Shown here in pieces: positions 8,047-19,291 of a stretch of 56,246 nt of DNA. Below the pieces are notes generated by a model. The model was not told where the DNA came from and did not search any database. It saw only the letters and a program-made list of their open reading frames with translations. The DNA lies in contig JBBIII010000007.1 of NCBI GenBank assembly GCA_037446575.1, positions 1 through 56,246 of the forward strand, in the 5' to 3' direction. The stretch's first letter is position 1, and every line of letters begins with the position of its first letter. The position numbers were made by a program, and so were the translations under genes. This DNA is from Ignavibacteriales bacterium (lineage in GTDB: Bacteria; Bacteroidota; Ignavibacteria; UBA10030).

Positions 8047-8790
8047 ATGAAAAATAATGTTAATAATATTATAGTACTTGTTGCTTGTGCAGTATTATTT
8101 GGAGCTTGTGGCGTCTCAAGCGAGTTTACGCCTGGCGCTGGCAACAAATTCCAGTATAATTATAAACTTATCTACCCAATCGAAAGTTCTAATTTATTAT
8201 TTCAAGATGATAATATTATTATTCAATTTAAATTCGATGAAGCTGCTATCCGGTTTCAATTACAAAATATCACTTCATCAAAAATAACAATTACTTGGAA
8301 TAAAGCTTCAATTAATATCAACGGAAGATATTTTCCGATTCGTAATTCTAATAATCTTTATAGTGATACGGTAATTGCAAACTCAATAATTATTCCTCCA
8401 CTTGGGTACATAAGAGATTTGGCGATTCCCCGTGAGAATATTTATTACGACGGCGATAATTGGGTAGAAAAAGATTTATTACCTACAATAGATCGAAATT
8501 CGCCAACTTTGAGAGATGCAATACAAAACAGCATAGGGCAGCGAATAGGTCTATTGTTTCCCATTAATTTTGGTTCAAATGAACATACATACGAATTTGA
8601 TTTTGTAGTCGATTCTGTAAAGCGAATTCCGTGGAAAGAATATATACCGACAAAACGAATTCCTTCGCCCCCGCCTCCAAAAAAAGGAATTCTTGGATTA
8701 GATAATGTTACAACTGCTATTGTTGTTGTCGGCATACTCGGATTCTCAGCTTATATTATTTCTATGAAAAAAAATCCACCAAGCGAGTAA
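8047..8790 (+). CDS. Hypothetical lipoprotein with C-terminal TM helix
   Basis: Lipobox LFGAC; Pro-rich linker followed by a hydrophobic helix. Confidence 0.75.
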   Translation: MKNNVNNIIVLVACAVLFGACGVSSEFTPGAGNKFQYNYKLIYPIESSNLLFQDDNIIIQFKFDEAAIRFQLQNITSSKITITWNKASININGRYFPIRNSNNLYSDTVIANSIIIPPLGYIRDLAIPRENIYYDGDNWVEKDLLPTIDRNSPTLRDAIQNSIGQRIGLLFPINFGSNEHTYEFDFVVDSVKRIPWKEYIPTKRIPSPPPPKKGILGLDNVTTAIVVVGILGFSAYIISMKKNPPSE

Positions 8791-8800
8791 GGAGGAAAAT

Positions 8801-9691
8801 ATGAGATACAATAAAAAATATTTAATATATCTTGCGTTATTAGCTTTGATCCTTACAGGATGCACTATAACGCGTGAACAGGTTAGATACAGAGACGAAT
8901 TTTTTAGACCGGTTGTTGTCATTCCACAGCGTAGTCAACCCGCGCATTCAGCAGATGTCTCTCAATTGACGTATCAGATAGAACAAGCTACTAAAGCGGC
9001 TTTAGTATTGCGTGATTCGCTTGCGTCTCTACAAAATTTCACGGGCGACCTTTTAGCGTCTACGTATTCATTAATAGAAAAAGTTAGCGATCTCGAAAGC
9101 AAAGAATTTCTTACAAACACTAAGCAAAAAGAATTAGAACAAAACATTGCTCAACTTCAATACGAGAATAAACAGTTGGCTCAACAACTTAACGAAATTC
9201 GTGCAAGACTTTTTACCGACAATCAACAACCGATAGTTTCGCCCGCATTCTACAAAGCAAAGGTATTGTCCAATTTACATTACGAATACAACGAAGGATT
9301 GATCTTGTTTAAGCAAAAACGTTACGATGAAGCATACGACAATTTTTCATCATTGATCGAGAAAGGTATAGAAGATGATTTATCTGATAATTGCGAGTAT
9401 TGGAAAGGAGAGTGTAGCTTTGCAAAAAAAGAATACTCTTCGGCAATCGTATCATTTCAAAAAGTTCTCGAAATTAAATCGTCTAATAAAATAATTGACG
9501 CTTATTATATGCTTGGAAAATCATACGAACAAGTTGGTGATTTTGTGAAAGCCAGATGGGCTTTTGAAGAGCTGAGTCTATTATATCCAAATAATCTTCA
9601 TGCGCGGGCTGTAAAGGTAAAACTAAGAGCTATTTACAAGTTAATTCCTGAATCACAAAACAAAATAATGTTCAATAGACCTTCTACATGA
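8801..9691 (+). CDS. Coiled-coil + TPR lipoprotein, YbgF/CpoB-like
   Basis: Lipobox LTGC; coiled coil; C-terminal TPR with DNCEYWKGEC...YPNN pattern; SD GGAGG. Confidence 0.7.
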   Translation: MRYNKKYLIYLALLALILTGCTITREQVRYRDEFFRPVVVIPQRSQPAHSADVSQLTYQIEQATKAALVLRDSLASLQNFTGDLLASTYSLIEKVSDLESKEFLTNTKQKELEQNIAQLQYENKQLAQQLNEIRARLFTDNQQPIVSPAFYKAKVLSNLHYEYNEGLILFKQKRYDEAYDNFSSLIEKGIEDDLSDNCEYWKGECSFAKKEYSSAIVSFQKVLEIKSSNKIIDAYYMLGKSYEQVGDFVKARWAFEELSLLYPNNLHARAVKVKLRAIYKLIPESQNKIMFNRPST

Positions 9692-9717
9692 ATATTTTAA
9701 ATTTTCTATTTCTTAAC

Positions 9718-9751
9718 AATGCCTAACACTAAAAAGTATTAGGCATTTTTT
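9718..9751 (+). terminator. Intrinsic terminator
   Basis: aatgcctaa...ttaggcatt followed by a T-run. Confidence 0.75.
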
Positions 9752-9834
9752 ATTAAACCTAATAGATCGTCTTTTAAATAAAGTTGTATTCTTAGTTGAA
9801 CTGAAACGTAACTATTAACAGGCGCTTATTCTTT

Positions 9835-9863
9835 TTGCATTTCTTATCTCTTATTTCTACTTT
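9835..9863 (+). promoter_or_regulatory. Candidate sigma70-type promoter
   Basis: TTGCAT-17bp-TACTTT upstream of ATG 9899. Confidence 0.4.
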
Positions 9864-9898
9864 CTAAAAGCAATTTCTTAATTAAAAAAGGGCTAAAA

Positions 9899-11296
9899 AT
9901 GGAAATTCAATTTATTGGCGCGGCGCAAACGGTTACCGGCTCTATGCACTTAATTTCGGTAAATAACTCAAAAATATTATTGGATTGTGGTTTATTCCAA
10001 GGTAAAAGAGCTGAGTCTTATGATAGAAACAAAAACTTCGTTTTCGATCCATCTAAAATAGATGCCGTAATTTTATCTCATGCACATATTGATCATTCCG
10101 GTAATTTACCAAATTTAGTGCGAAATGGATTTCGAGGACCCGTTTATTCTACGTCTGCAACTAAAGATTTATGTAATATAATGCTTTATGATAGCGCTTA
10201 TATTCAAGAACGTGATATTGAGTACGTAAATAAAAGACATCAGAGGAAAAATTTGCCGTTAGTCCATCCATTATATGATATTACTGATGTAACAGCGGTT
10301 ATGTCTCAGTTTATTAGCGTAGATTATAATAGAGATTTTATGATAACAAAAAAAATCTCAGCAAAATTTTTAGATGCAGGACACATTCTCGGTTCAGCAA
10401 TTACAGTTCTTGAAATAGAAGATAATGGCAAAAGAAAAAGAATCGGATTCACGGGAGATTTAGGCAGGAAGGACGCACCGATTATTAAAGATCCTGAACC
10501 TTTATCTGATATAGATATATTAATTTCAGAGAGTACTTACGGCGGAAAGCTACACGATCCTGTAAGCGGTATGAAGGATTCGCTCTTACATATTATTTCT
10601 AATACTGTTGATAGAGGCGGAAAAATTATTATTCCATCTTTTAGCGTAGGCAGAACTCAAGATATAGTATATCTGCTATCGGAGCTTTTTAATGAAGGTA
10701 GATTGCCGGTTATTCCTATTTATGTAGATAGCCCCCTTGCGGTAAATGCAAGCGATATTTTTCGTTCGCATACAGAATGCTTTGATGACGAGACAATTGA
10801 ACGCTTTAATGTTAACGAAGATCCGTTCGGATTTAATCGTTTAATTTATGTTCGTTCGGTTGAAGAATCTAAAAAATTAAATGCAATGCAATCTCCTTGT
10901 ATTATAATATCAGCATCTGGTATGTGCGAAGGCGGACGAATTGTTCATCATATTGCCAATAACATCGAGAATCCAAAAAACACGATTTTAATCGTAGGAT
11001 ATCAAGCTGAACATACGCTTGGCAGAAGAATAGTTGAAAAACAACCGGAAATAAGTATATTTGGTGATATATATAAGCTGAATGCAGAAGTAATTGTTTT
11101 AAATTCACTATCCGCTCATGCTGATCAAAATGAATTAGTGAAATACATAATGTCAGCAGATTCAGAAAATCTTAATAACTTATTTTTGGTCCACGGCGAA
11201 ATATCGCAAATTGATAAATTAGTCGTTAAGCTTAAAAGCGAAGGGTTTAAAAAAAATATCTGTATTCCAACAGCAAACCAGAAAATCGAAATATGA
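9899..11296 (+). CDS. MBL-fold beta-CASP ribonuclease (Ysh1/CPSF73-like)
   Basis: HAHIDH, AGHILGS, GDLG, SGMCEGGR, SAHAD, LVHGE motifs. Confidence 0.92.
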   Translation: MEIQFIGAAQTVTGSMHLISVNNSKILLDCGLFQGKRAESYDRNKNFVFDPSKIDAVILSHAHIDHSGNLPNLVRNGFRGPVYSTSATKDLCNIMLYDSAYIQERDIEYVNKRHQRKNLPLVHPLYDITDVTAVMSQFISVDYNRDFMITKKISAKFLDAGHILGSAITVLEIEDNGKRKRIGFTGDLGRKDAPIIKDPEPLSDIDILISESTYGGKLHDPVSGMKDSLLHIISNTVDRGGKIIIPSFSVGRTQDIVYLLSELFNEGRLPVIPIYVDSPLAVNASDIFRSHTECFDDETIERFNVNEDPFGFNRLIYVRSVEESKKLNAMQSPCIIISASGMCEGGRIVHHIANNIENPKNTILIVGYQAEHTLGRRIVEKQPEISIFGDIYKLNAEVIVLNSLSAHADQNELVKYIMSADSENLNNLFLVHGEISQIDKLVVKLKSEGFKKNICIPTANQKIEI

Positions 11297-11322
11297 CATT
11301 AATCCTATCTAATATTTATTAA

Positions 11323-13263
11323 ATGATAGATTCTGTAATGTCCAACAGAATAAAACAATTTAATTCAATCGGTATCCTTAGTCTATCGCTTTTATGCGGC
11401 GTTGTTACAAATGGTCAGGATATAAAACGTATTACATACAAACCGTATTCGGATAGCGTGCAAATATCCTCAATCAATTTCGACCGTATTCTTGATACGT
11501 ATATTTGGACCGGATTACTCCAGAAACAGATTAATACTCAGATAATGGAAACAAATTTTCGGCAAAGCGTTCGTTCCAGGTTTATCAAAACTAATATGCC
11601 TGCGATTCAAGATGAATACAACGGGTTAATATCTTTTAAATATAGATTATCGGAAAAATGGAAAATTGAGTTTCATAATAATTCAAATATTTTATCTGAT
11701 AATAGAGCTATAGGACTTGGACGCATGGCACAGCATCAATTTCTATCTGGTTTTAAAAATTATACTTTGGATAGTGTGGATATTGGAATGTTTATGGGAT
11801 ATGAGTTGAATTCACAAGATGATGAAAAAGACCACGGCTTTATTTATTCATTAGGCTTTGATGCAAGAGATTTAAGGATGGAAGATTTCGATATTAAACT
11901 TAACTCTTCTTGGAATAAATCAATGTTAGGACGTCGTTCGCCGCATTCGGGTCAAATTAATTTTTCGCTTTCTCGTGATTTCGGTGGTGGCGTATTTCAC
12001 TCGATCATATTAAATTATTCTATGCAGAAAAGGGAATTTTATACTTCATTAGCGCCTTCTCGCCAATCTATTTTAGGCGCTAAACATAATATTTTTAGTA
12101 GAAATGCCAATGTGATAGATGTGATGAATAAATTTATTTATCAATCTCACGATAATTTTATTTTTTCTACATCATTAGGGTTTGCCAATCAAGTAATTGA
12201 TCGGGCTTATAGATACCGAGATTCAGCGTTGATTTTAGACTCGGAAATTCAAGAGATGCAATTCTATGTGAATGCATCGTTCCAACTATTCCTTTTTGAT
12301 TGGCTGACGACTATAGCAAAAATAACGGTTTCTGAAAAAGATGAAAAGCATTCAGTTATTGATAAGATGGAAAATCCAACACCATTTGATCTTCAAAGAA
12401 TAAATGAACAACGCGCATCGGCGAACCGTTTGGAAAATACTGCGCATAGAACCGGCGCCTCAATCGAAATAATAACCGATGTTGCGAAAAATAACAAAAT
12501 TAAATTATATGCATCTGCCAATATTCTAAGATACGATACGCCCGATATATCAAATACCGATGATAGAGATGAACTTTTTATGACGTATGGTTTTGAAGTA
12601 TCCCATCGCTTTTCGAAATATTTGAATTCTTCATTCACTGTAGATGCCACGCTGTATCATCTTGTTTATATAAATAAAGAACAAAGCGCCAATAATAATT
12701 GGAACCGTGTATTGCGTCTTTCACCAATTGTGGAATACAAGCCTGTAAAATGGCTTAGAACTGTTGCTCGTGCAGAAGTATTGGCAAATTATACAATTAG
12801 CGACTATGAACAGCAAATAGCGTCGGTTAAAAGCTATTCTTTCCGGCAGGCATATTGGATGGACTCCACCATGATTCTAATGACTAAAAATATTCAATTT
12901 AAATTCTTCGGAAGCTTGCGTATTTTTGAAAGAGGAATACTTAAATGGAAAGAATTTTCAGAACGGCCTGAAAGTTACTTCGTGGAAAAAACAGTATGGC
13001 CAGAGTTGATATGGACTTCAGATATTGGAATCAGAATAGGTTTAGGATATCGTTATTTTGGACAAGATAGATATAAATATCAACTTGGAAAAAGGAATTT
13101 CGCCCATAACATTCAGACAACGGGACCAACGGCATTGTTAGAATGGCAAGGTCCTAACAATGAAAGATTTTCTATGATAGGATGGTTGGAAAATCAAAAA
13201 AATAATGATGTAAAAACCAGAACAATTTCTAACCTATCAATCCAAGTCGGATTTGTTTTATAA
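11323..13263 (+). CDS. Hypothetical exported protein, probable outer-membrane beta-barrel
   Basis: Signal-like N-terminus; amphipathic strands; C-terminal LSIQVGFVL. Confidence 0.65.
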   Translation: MIDSVMSNRIKQFNSIGILSLSLLCGVVTNGQDIKRITYKPYSDSVQISSINFDRILDTYIWTGLLQKQINTQIMETNFRQSVRSRFIKTNMPAIQDEYNGLISFKYRLSEKWKIEFHNNSNILSDNRAIGLGRMAQHQFLSGFKNYTLDSVDIGMFMGYELNSQDDEKDHGFIYSLGFDARDLRMEDFDIKLNSSWNKSMLGRRSPHSGQINFSLSRDFGGGVFHSIILNYSMQKREFYTSLAPSRQSILGAKHNIFSRNANVIDVMNKFIYQSHDNFIFSTSLGFANQVIDRAYRYRDSALILDSEIQEMQFYVNASFQLFLFDWLTTIAKITVSEKDEKHSVIDKMENPTPFDLQRINEQRASANRLENTAHRTGASIEIITDVAKNNKIKLYASANILRYDTPDISNTDDRDELFMTYGFEVSHRFSKYLNSSFTVDATLYHLVYINKEQSANNNWNRVLRLSPIVEYKPVKWLRTVARAEVLANYTISDYEQQIASVKSYSFRQAYWMDSTMILMTKNIQFKFFGSLRIFERGILKWKEFSERPESYFVEKTVWPELIWTSDIGIRIGLGYRYFGQDRYKYQLGKRNFAHNIQTTGPTALLEWQGPNNERFSMIGWLENQKNNDVKTRTISNLSIQVGFVL

Positions 13264-13271
13264 GGAACGTA

Positions 13272-13706
13272 ATGAAATTGAAAAGGAAAACTAAAGTACG
13301 CAATTTATATCAATTGGAATGTTCTAGTGTATCTAAGAATGTTTCGTGTATTGAAGGATTTTTAGAAGATATTAGGAATAAACACAATATCGACGATGGA
13401 ACGATGTACAGATTGCTCGTATCTTGTACAGAGGCGGTTAATAATGCGATAATTCATGGAAACAAATCTGATCCAACAAAAAAAGTAAATGTAATCTGCA
13501 AAGTAGAAAAAAAGAATTTGACGATAAGAGTGAGGGACCTCGGAATAGGATTTAACTCTGAAAATCTGCCCGACCCGCGTGATGAAAAAAATCTATTAAA
13601 AGAAAGCGGAAGAGGTATATTTTTAATGCGGTCATTAATGGATGAAGTAAGATTTAAAAAATTAAAATCAGGTTCGGTAGTCGTAATGAAGCTAAAATTG
13701 CATTAA
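13272..13706 (+). CDS. RsbW-like anti-sigma factor (HATPase_c)
   Basis: EAVNNAIIHGN, DLGIGF, GRGIFLMRSLMD. Confidence 0.88.
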   Translation: MKLKRKTKVRNLYQLECSSVSKNVSCIEGFLEDIRNKHNIDDGTMYRLLVSCTEAVNNAIIHGNKSDPTKKVNVICKVEKKNLTIRVRDLGIGFNSENLPDPRDEKNLLKESGRGIFLMRSLMDEVRFKKLKSGSVVVMKLKLH

Positions 13707-13726
13707 TGATTATCTATATCGCTGCA

Positions 13727-13768
13727 ATATAAAAAAACCGCTCCTTTGCAAGAGCGGTTTTTTTATAT
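13727..13768. terminator. Bidirectional intrinsic terminator
   Basis: aaaaaaaccgctc-ctttgcaa-gagcggttttttt between convergent genes. Confidence 0.9.
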
Positions 13769-13783
13769 TCGTTCAACAATAAA

Positions 13784-15016
13784 TTAGAATGCGTATCCAA
13801 CATTAACGCATAAAACATGGGCTGTGCTATTATAATATCCGCGTAAAGCAGAATTAGTTGCATCCTTTTCTGTAAAATTGACTAACATATATGCTGCATC
13901 AACCGATAAATTTTCATTAATTTTATAACTTCCACCAATGGAAATGTTTATACGATCAGCATCTGGAAGCATCGGTTCTGTCTTACTGCGTGGTTGCGGT
14001 GTAATGTCATATATAACTCCACCGCGTAAGCATATTTGGTCGTCAAGTTTATATTCTGCGCCAACACGCCCCGTATAACCTACACTCCATTTTTTAATTT
14101 GTGTTACGGGAGCTTGCAGTCGCGTTCCAGTACCAGGGAACACAGGCCCAAGTGGGAGGTTAATTGTAAGTTTATTGTATGCATCCCAACCCACGTATTG
14201 AAGATCAGCTTCAACTGTTAATTCTGGCATTAATTCATAAGCGGCGCCCATAAAGACATTCATTGGCATAGGTAGTTTTGCTTTGCCAGTTCCACCTGGG
14301 AAGTATGGTTGCAAAGCGCCCATTTCCGTAAACTTTGCATCGCCAGAAAATTCAATTTCTGTTAACGAGCGGAACGAGACTCCTAAAGATAACTTTTCTA
14401 TCGGTTTGTATATTGCTCCAAAATTAAAACCAAAACCTGAACCTGTCCCCTCTAAACTCATAATTCCCCCTGTAGCAGTACGTTGCTTCATAGCAACACT
14501 GCCATAAATTAAAGATAAACCTAAACCAACAGAGAGGTCATCGTTTATTTTATAAGCAACGGATGGATTGAAATTGAATGTTACAATTTCGGATTCAATA
14601 GCATGCTGGCTACCGACCCAATTAACAGGCCATTTTGTCCCAAGTCCATACGGATTAAATACACCAAGACCAACCACAATCTGATCATTTATTTGATATG
14701 TGCCATACAGGTTGATAGGGGTAAAAACCTGACTTTCGGTCGATGTTTCTGTTTGAGAAGGAACTGGACCTCTAAAAGTTGTTGAAGGTAAAATAATGGA
14801 TGTACCGCCTAATACATTGATCCCCTGTAATTGTGTTAGCCCCGCAGGATTAAAATAAATTGCCGATGGATCTGATGCTCTTGCTACAAAAGCACCGCCC
14901 ATTCCTGTTGCTCTTGCTCCATGCTCGTTTAATTGATAACCGCCCCCAAACAAAATGGAAAACGCGAGTACGGAAAGGACAATTGTCCACGTCAATCGTA
15001 GATTTAATTTACTCAA
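13784..15016 (-). CDS. fadL: FadL/OmpP1/TodX-family outer-membrane transporter
   Basis: GYQLNEHG..GMGGA..A..DPSAIYFNPAG; PMLPDADR; terminal YAF; SD AGGAGG with TTG start. Confidence 0.88.
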   Translation of the reverse strand: MSKLNLRLTWTIVLSVLAFSILFGGGYQLNEHGARATGMGGAFVARASDPSAIYFNPAGLTQLQGINVLGGTSIILPSTTFRGPVPSQTETSTESQVFTPINLYGTYQINDQIVVGLGVFNPYGLGTKWPVNWVGSQHAIESEIVTFNFNPSVAYKINDDLSVGLGLSLIYGSVAMKQRTATGGIMSLEGTGSGFGFNFGAIYKPIEKLSLGVSFRSLTEIEFSGDAKFTEMGALQPYFPGGTGKAKLPMPMNVFMGAAYELMPELTVEADLQYVGWDAYNKLTINLPLGPVFPGTGTRLQAPVTQIKKWSVGYTGRVGAEYKLDDQICLRGGVIYDITPQPRSKTEPMLPDADRINISIGGSYKINENLSVDAAYMLVNFTEKDATNSALRGYYNSTAHVLCVNVGYAF

Positions 15017-15334
15017 GGTGACCTCCTGTTAATTAGTATTTGTATATGTTATTTATTTATGAAAAGTTGCCTACTTCATAAAACAACTTGGTGAAATTAT
15101 AATAAATGAATAATTAATATGCAAACTTACAATAAAAAATCTTTATAGCTAAACCGCTATTTTTAGATAGAATAAATAGATAGAGAGAGGCACCCAATTT
15201 TAGGAATCTTGACCCTTATTTATTAACGCTTTCTTCAATAGGTATTTAATTAAGTGTGCGCCTGCCTTTGTAGTCACAAAGAAATACTATTTATCTGTCA
15301 AAATTTACTTTTAGCTGATTTCGCATTATTAAAT

Positions 15335-15361
15335 AAAAAAACCTCCTAATGGAGGTTTTTT
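15335..15361 (-). terminator. Intrinsic terminator of rplU-rpmA
   Basis: aaaaaaacctcc-taat-ggaggtttttt. Confidence 0.85.
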
Positions 15362-15378
15362 AAAATTCTCGGGTTCAC

Positions 15379-15636
15379 TCATTCCGACTGAATTATGCTA
15401 ACGCGCTGCCTCGATTTTCCTAATCGTTCAAACTTAACTATGCCATCCTTTAATGCGAATAATGTATCATCGCTTCCAATTCCAACATTGGAACCCGGGT
15501 GGAATTTAGTACCTCTTTGACGTATAAGTATATTGCCAGCTAATACTGCTTGTCCGCCAAATCTTTTAACGCCTAATCGTTGAGCATTACTATCGCGACC
15601 ATTTCTTGAGCTTCCGCCACCTTTTTTATGAGCCAT
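15379..15636 (-). CDS. rpmA: 50S ribosomal protein L27
   Basis: [16 protein letters not shown]. Confidence 0.99.
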   Translation of the reverse strand: MAHKKGGGSSRNGRDSNAQRLGVKRFGGQAVLAGNILIRQRGTKFHPGSNVGIGSDDTLFALKDGIVKFERLGKSRQRVSIIQSE

Positions 15637-15644
15637 ATTACCTC

Positions 15645-15956
15645 TTAATTGACTAAATTTATTATTTCAACTTCAGTGAATTGCTGACGATGTCCATTAC
15701 GAACTTTATAACCTTTTCGCTTTTTCTTTTTAAATACAATAACGGTATCGTCCTTTAAATGACGCAATACTTTTGCTTCAACAAAAGCGCCCTTGATAAA
15801 TGGATTGCCAATTTTCGATGCTTTTTCGTCGTTTGTCAACTTCACTTTGTCAAATTTTACTATTGAACCCTCTTCGAATTGTAATTTTGGCACATATACC
15901 TTATCCGCCTTAGATACCTTAACTTGGACGCCTGCTATTTCGACTACTGCAAACAT
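15645..15956 (-). CDS. rplU: 50S ribosomal protein L21
   Basis: [12 protein letters not shown]; GHRQQFT; adjacent to rpmA. Confidence 0.98.
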   Translation of the reverse strand: MFAVVEIAGVQVKVSKADKVYVPKLQFEEGSIVKFDKVKLTNDEKASKIGNPFIKGAFVEAKVLRHLKDDTVIVFKKKKRKGYKVRNGHRQQFTEVEIINLVN

Positions 15957-15994
15957 ATTACTCCTTTTTTTTATATCATTTTTTTAACTGCAAT

Positions 15995-16023
15995 AAAATA
16001 ATTAAAAAATGTTACATAGTCAA
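15995..16023 (-). promoter_or_regulatory. Candidate sigma70 promoter for rplU
   Basis: Minus strand TTGACT-17bp-TATTTT. Confidence 0.5.
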
Positions 16024-16063
16024 TCTGTTATAACAGGGTAATTTTAAAGATTTATTGCAAGAA

Positions 16064-16921
16064 TTAATTGGCTAATTCTTTTTCTAATACCGTCTTTATT
16101 TGAGTTATCGGCATTTCCTGTCCTGTCCATAATTTAAATGCCGCGGCGCCCTGCTGAATAAACATATCTAACCCGCCGATTATCGTAGCTCCCTTCTCAA
16201 GCGCATCATTAAGTAGTCGAGTTTTTATTGGACGGTAAATTACATCAAACACAATTTGATTCCCTAAAATAAAATCTTTGTTTGTTAATGGCGATGCTTC
16301 AATATTAGGGTGCATTCCTACAGATGTTGCATTAACAATTAAAGCGCATTCTTTAATGAAAGCCCCTATAGCTACTTCTGATGATGGAATAACGTGAAAT
16401 TCAACTTTGCCGCTTTTAAAATTACTAACCAAGTTTTCCGCTTGTTCTAATAGTTGCGCTGCAATTACTATCGATTTGACATTAAACTTTTTTACTAATA
16501 CATAAGTAACAGAACGCGCAGCGCCGCCAGAGCCGATTATCATGCACTTCTTCCCGGAAATTCGTTCCCGAAATGGTTGCATTGCCAGCTCAACGCCTAT
16601 AACATCTGTATTATATCCAATTAATTTTGAATTTTTGTTCACTACAGTGTTCACTGCGCCTATCGATTTTGCTTCTGGCGAAATTTCATCTAACAATTTC
16701 ATAATCGATTCTTTATGAGGCACGGTTACATTAAATCCCCCCCAATTAGATTCTCTAAATAAATTAACCGCATTAGTTAAAGAATCCGGCTCAATATCGA
16801 GTTTCTCATAATCATAATTTAAGCTCAATAATCGAAAAGCTGTATTGTGCATTAATGGTGAAAGCGAGTGTCCGATCGGATGCCCAATAACTGCGAATTT
16901 TTTTGGCAAGTTAGTTGTCAT
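16064..16921 (-). CDS. aroE: Shikimate dehydrogenase
   Basis: GHPIGHSLSP.MH, NVTVPHK, GAVNT, NTD, GSGGAA. Confidence 0.96.
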   Translation of the reverse strand: MTTNLPKKFAVIGHPIGHSLSPLMHNTAFRLLSLNYDYEKLDIEPDSLTNAVNLFRESNWGGFNVTVPHKESIMKLLDEISPEAKSIGAVNTVVNKNSKLIGYNTDVIGVELAMQPFRERISGKKCMIIGSGGAARSVTYVLVKKFNVKSIVIAAQLLEQAENLVSNFKSGKVEFHVIPSSEVAIGAFIKECALIVNATSVGMHPNIEASPLTNKDFILGNQIVFDVIYRPIKTRLLNDALEKGATIIGGLDMFIQQGAAAFKLWTGQEMPITQIKTVLEKELAN

Positions 16922-16922
16922 A

Positions 16923-18338
16923 TCATTTTTTTAATAATCGTAAAAAGAAAGGATCGTTTATTAAAAATGGAAATATTCGTTCAAAGTCTTTTTTTATTTC
17001 TGGAACTAAGTTAAAAGCAATGAAGAAATTATTCGATGCTTCCTCTTTGGCATTCATCGATAGGAGAACCTGACCACGGCTAAAATAAGCTGGCGCAAAT
17101 TTTGGATCTAATTTGATACATTCATTTAAATGTTTTAGTGCTTCTTCAAATTTACCCTGTTCAAATAATGTGTCTCCGATATCGAACCATATTTCGGGAT
17201 CTTTTGGATCGAGAGATAGCACTTTTTGGTAACATTCAATACACTCGTCTATTTTGCCAAGGTTGTATAATGAGTCGCCGCAAGCATACCAATATTCCGC
17301 ATAGTCTGGAACTATTTCTGCTGCCGTTTGATATTCTTTCAATGCAAGCTCAATTTTTCCTAAAGCGTCATAACAGCAGCCTCTTCCAAAATACGATTCG
17401 TGATGTTTGTTGCTAATTTCGATGACTGTTGAATAAAATTTTATAGCTTGTTCGTAGTCGTTCAATTCTTCGTATGCATTGCCTAAGTTGTGTAAAGCTG
17501 AAATGTCGTTAGGTTCAAATTGAAGTGTGACTGTGTAGCAACGTATTGCTTCATGTAATTTGCCGAGGTTAGCATATGCATTTCCCATATTAAACCAGGC
17601 GGCAGGAAAATCTTCTTTTATTGCTAAAGCAAACTCGTAATTCGTAATAGCTTTTGCAAACTGTCCTATTCTATTTTGCACAATACCTTTATTATACCAA
17701 GCATTATAATTATACGGGTCTCGTTCTAAATGTTCTTCGTAACAGCGAATGGATTCTTCGGGTTTATCTAAATAATCATAACAATACCCAAGCTCATACC
17801 ATACCTCAATAAAATCCGGATCAATTTGAAGTATATGTCGAAAAATAGATAAAGCATCTTCAAACTTTCCTAATTTTTCTAAAGTGATAGCTTTATGAAA
17901 CAAAGCATCTTCATGCGCTGGTTCAAGGTCGAGCGCTTTATTAAAAGATGTCATCGCCTCGCTAGTTCGATTTAGATTATCGAGTGTAATGCCTTTATTA
18001 ATGTGTGTTTCAGGATCTGTAGGATTCATACTAATAGCCTTATCGAAACAATCTAATGATTCGTTGTACTTAGATAGGTTATTTAGTATCATTCCTTTTT
18101 TTTGCCAAGCGTCAGCACTAAACGGTTCAAATGAAAGAAGTCGATCGGCGTAGAACAACGCCTCGTCAAATTTTTCATGCTCGAAATAAAATTGGATTAT
18201 CTCATCAAGCGCTTCTGGGTTATTAATATCCTTTGCGCCATTTTTTAGCGATTCGCGAAACTTTCTTACATCATCCTCGGAGCGCTTGCTATTCCGTCGA
18301 CTCATATTATCATTATTGTTATTTTCAAATTCGGACAA
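16923..18338 (-). CDS. Multi-TPR repeat protein
   Basis: About 11 consecutive 34-aa TPRs (AWYNKG, AWFNMG); SD AGGAG with TTG start. Confidence 0.9.
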   Translation of the reverse strand: MSEFENNNNDNMSRRNSKRSEDDVRKFRESLKNGAKDINNPEALDEIIQFYFEHEKFDEALFYADRLLSFEPFSADAWQKKGMILNNLSKYNESLDCFDKAISMNPTDPETHINKGITLDNLNRTSEAMTSFNKALDLEPAHEDALFHKAITLEKLGKFEDALSIFRHILQIDPDFIEVWYELGYCYDYLDKPEESIRCYEEHLERDPYNYNAWYNKGIVQNRIGQFAKAITNYEFALAIKEDFPAAWFNMGNAYANLGKLHEAIRCYTVTLQFEPNDISALHNLGNAYEELNDYEQAIKFYSTVIEISNKHHESYFGRGCCYDALGKIELALKEYQTAAEIVPDYAEYWYACGDSLYNLGKIDECIECYQKVLSLDPKDPEIWFDIGDTLFEQGKFEEALKHLNECIKLDPKFAPAYFSRGQVLLSMNAKEEASNNFFIAFNLVPEIKKDFERIFPFLINDPFFLRLLKK

Positions 18339-18570
18339 CTGATTTACTCCTGTTCATTTCATAATTAATAAAATAAATTACGCAATTGAAGTCAAGAATT
18401 GAAAAAAATAACTCTGCGTTGTAAAAATTTATTATATTTATACATTTGATTTTAGTTACGAGTTGGGGTATATTAATCCCGTTACAAATTTCGCTTTTTA
18501 GTGTGCAAAAGGCAATTTTTATGTTAAAACTGCATTAATTAATGAGTGAAATTATTAATTTTGTCTTTGC

Positions 18571-19275
18571 ATGCAAAATATAATGGTTGCTGAAAATATA
18601 AAAATTCTGTACGAAAGAATTAGAGATGTGTGCAATGCGTGTAACCGTTCTTTCAAAGAAATTAATCTTGTAGCAGTATCTAAAACTTTTTCAGTAGGAA
18701 AAATTAAAGAAGCTTTGGATGCCGGACAATTAGAGTTTGGCGAAAATTATGTTCAGGAAATGCAGAAAAAAAGAGATTCTCTTATTAATCAGCCGATACG
18801 GTGGCATTTTATTGGGCACTTACAATCGAATAAAGTTAAATATATTAGTGAGTATGTTCACCTAATTCATTCTGTCGATAGTGTTGGATTAGGAAAAGAA
18901 ATAAATAAAAGAGCTGAAAAATTAAATCGTGTGCAGGAAATTCTTGTTGAAGTCAATACAACAAACGAAGCGACAAAATTTGGCGTAACGCCCGAAAAGA
19001 CAATTAGCTTGATAAAAGAGCTGTCGAATTTACGAAATCTAAAAGTTCTTGGGTTAATGACACTGGGACCGTTTTCCGAGAATCAAAATGATTCGCGGCT
19101 TTCATTTCGTCAACTATTTGAGTTAAAGAAAAATATTGAAAGAGAAGGAGTTGAAACTGTAGAGATGAAGCATTTATCGATGGGTATGACGCACGATTTT
19201 GAGATAGCAATTGAAGAAGGTGCAACAATTATTCGTATCGGAACGGCAATATTTGGGAATCGTTCAGTAAAATGA
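18571..19275 (+). CDS. yggS: PLP homeostasis protein YggS/PLPBP
   Basis: AVSKT, FGENYVQE, WHFIGHLQSNK, SMGM. Confidence 0.96.
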   Translation: MQNIMVAENIKILYERIRDVCNACNRSFKEINLVAVSKTFSVGKIKEALDAGQLEFGENYVQEMQKKRDSLINQPIRWHFIGHLQSNKVKYISEYVHLIHSVDSVGLGKEINKRAEKLNRVQEILVEVNTTNEATKFGVTPEKTISLIKELSNLRNLKVLGLMTLGPFSENQNDSRLSFRQLFELKKNIEREGVETVEMKHLSMGMTHDFEIAIEEGATIIRIGTAIFGNRSVK

Positions 19276-19291
19276 GTTGAAAGGATTAAAT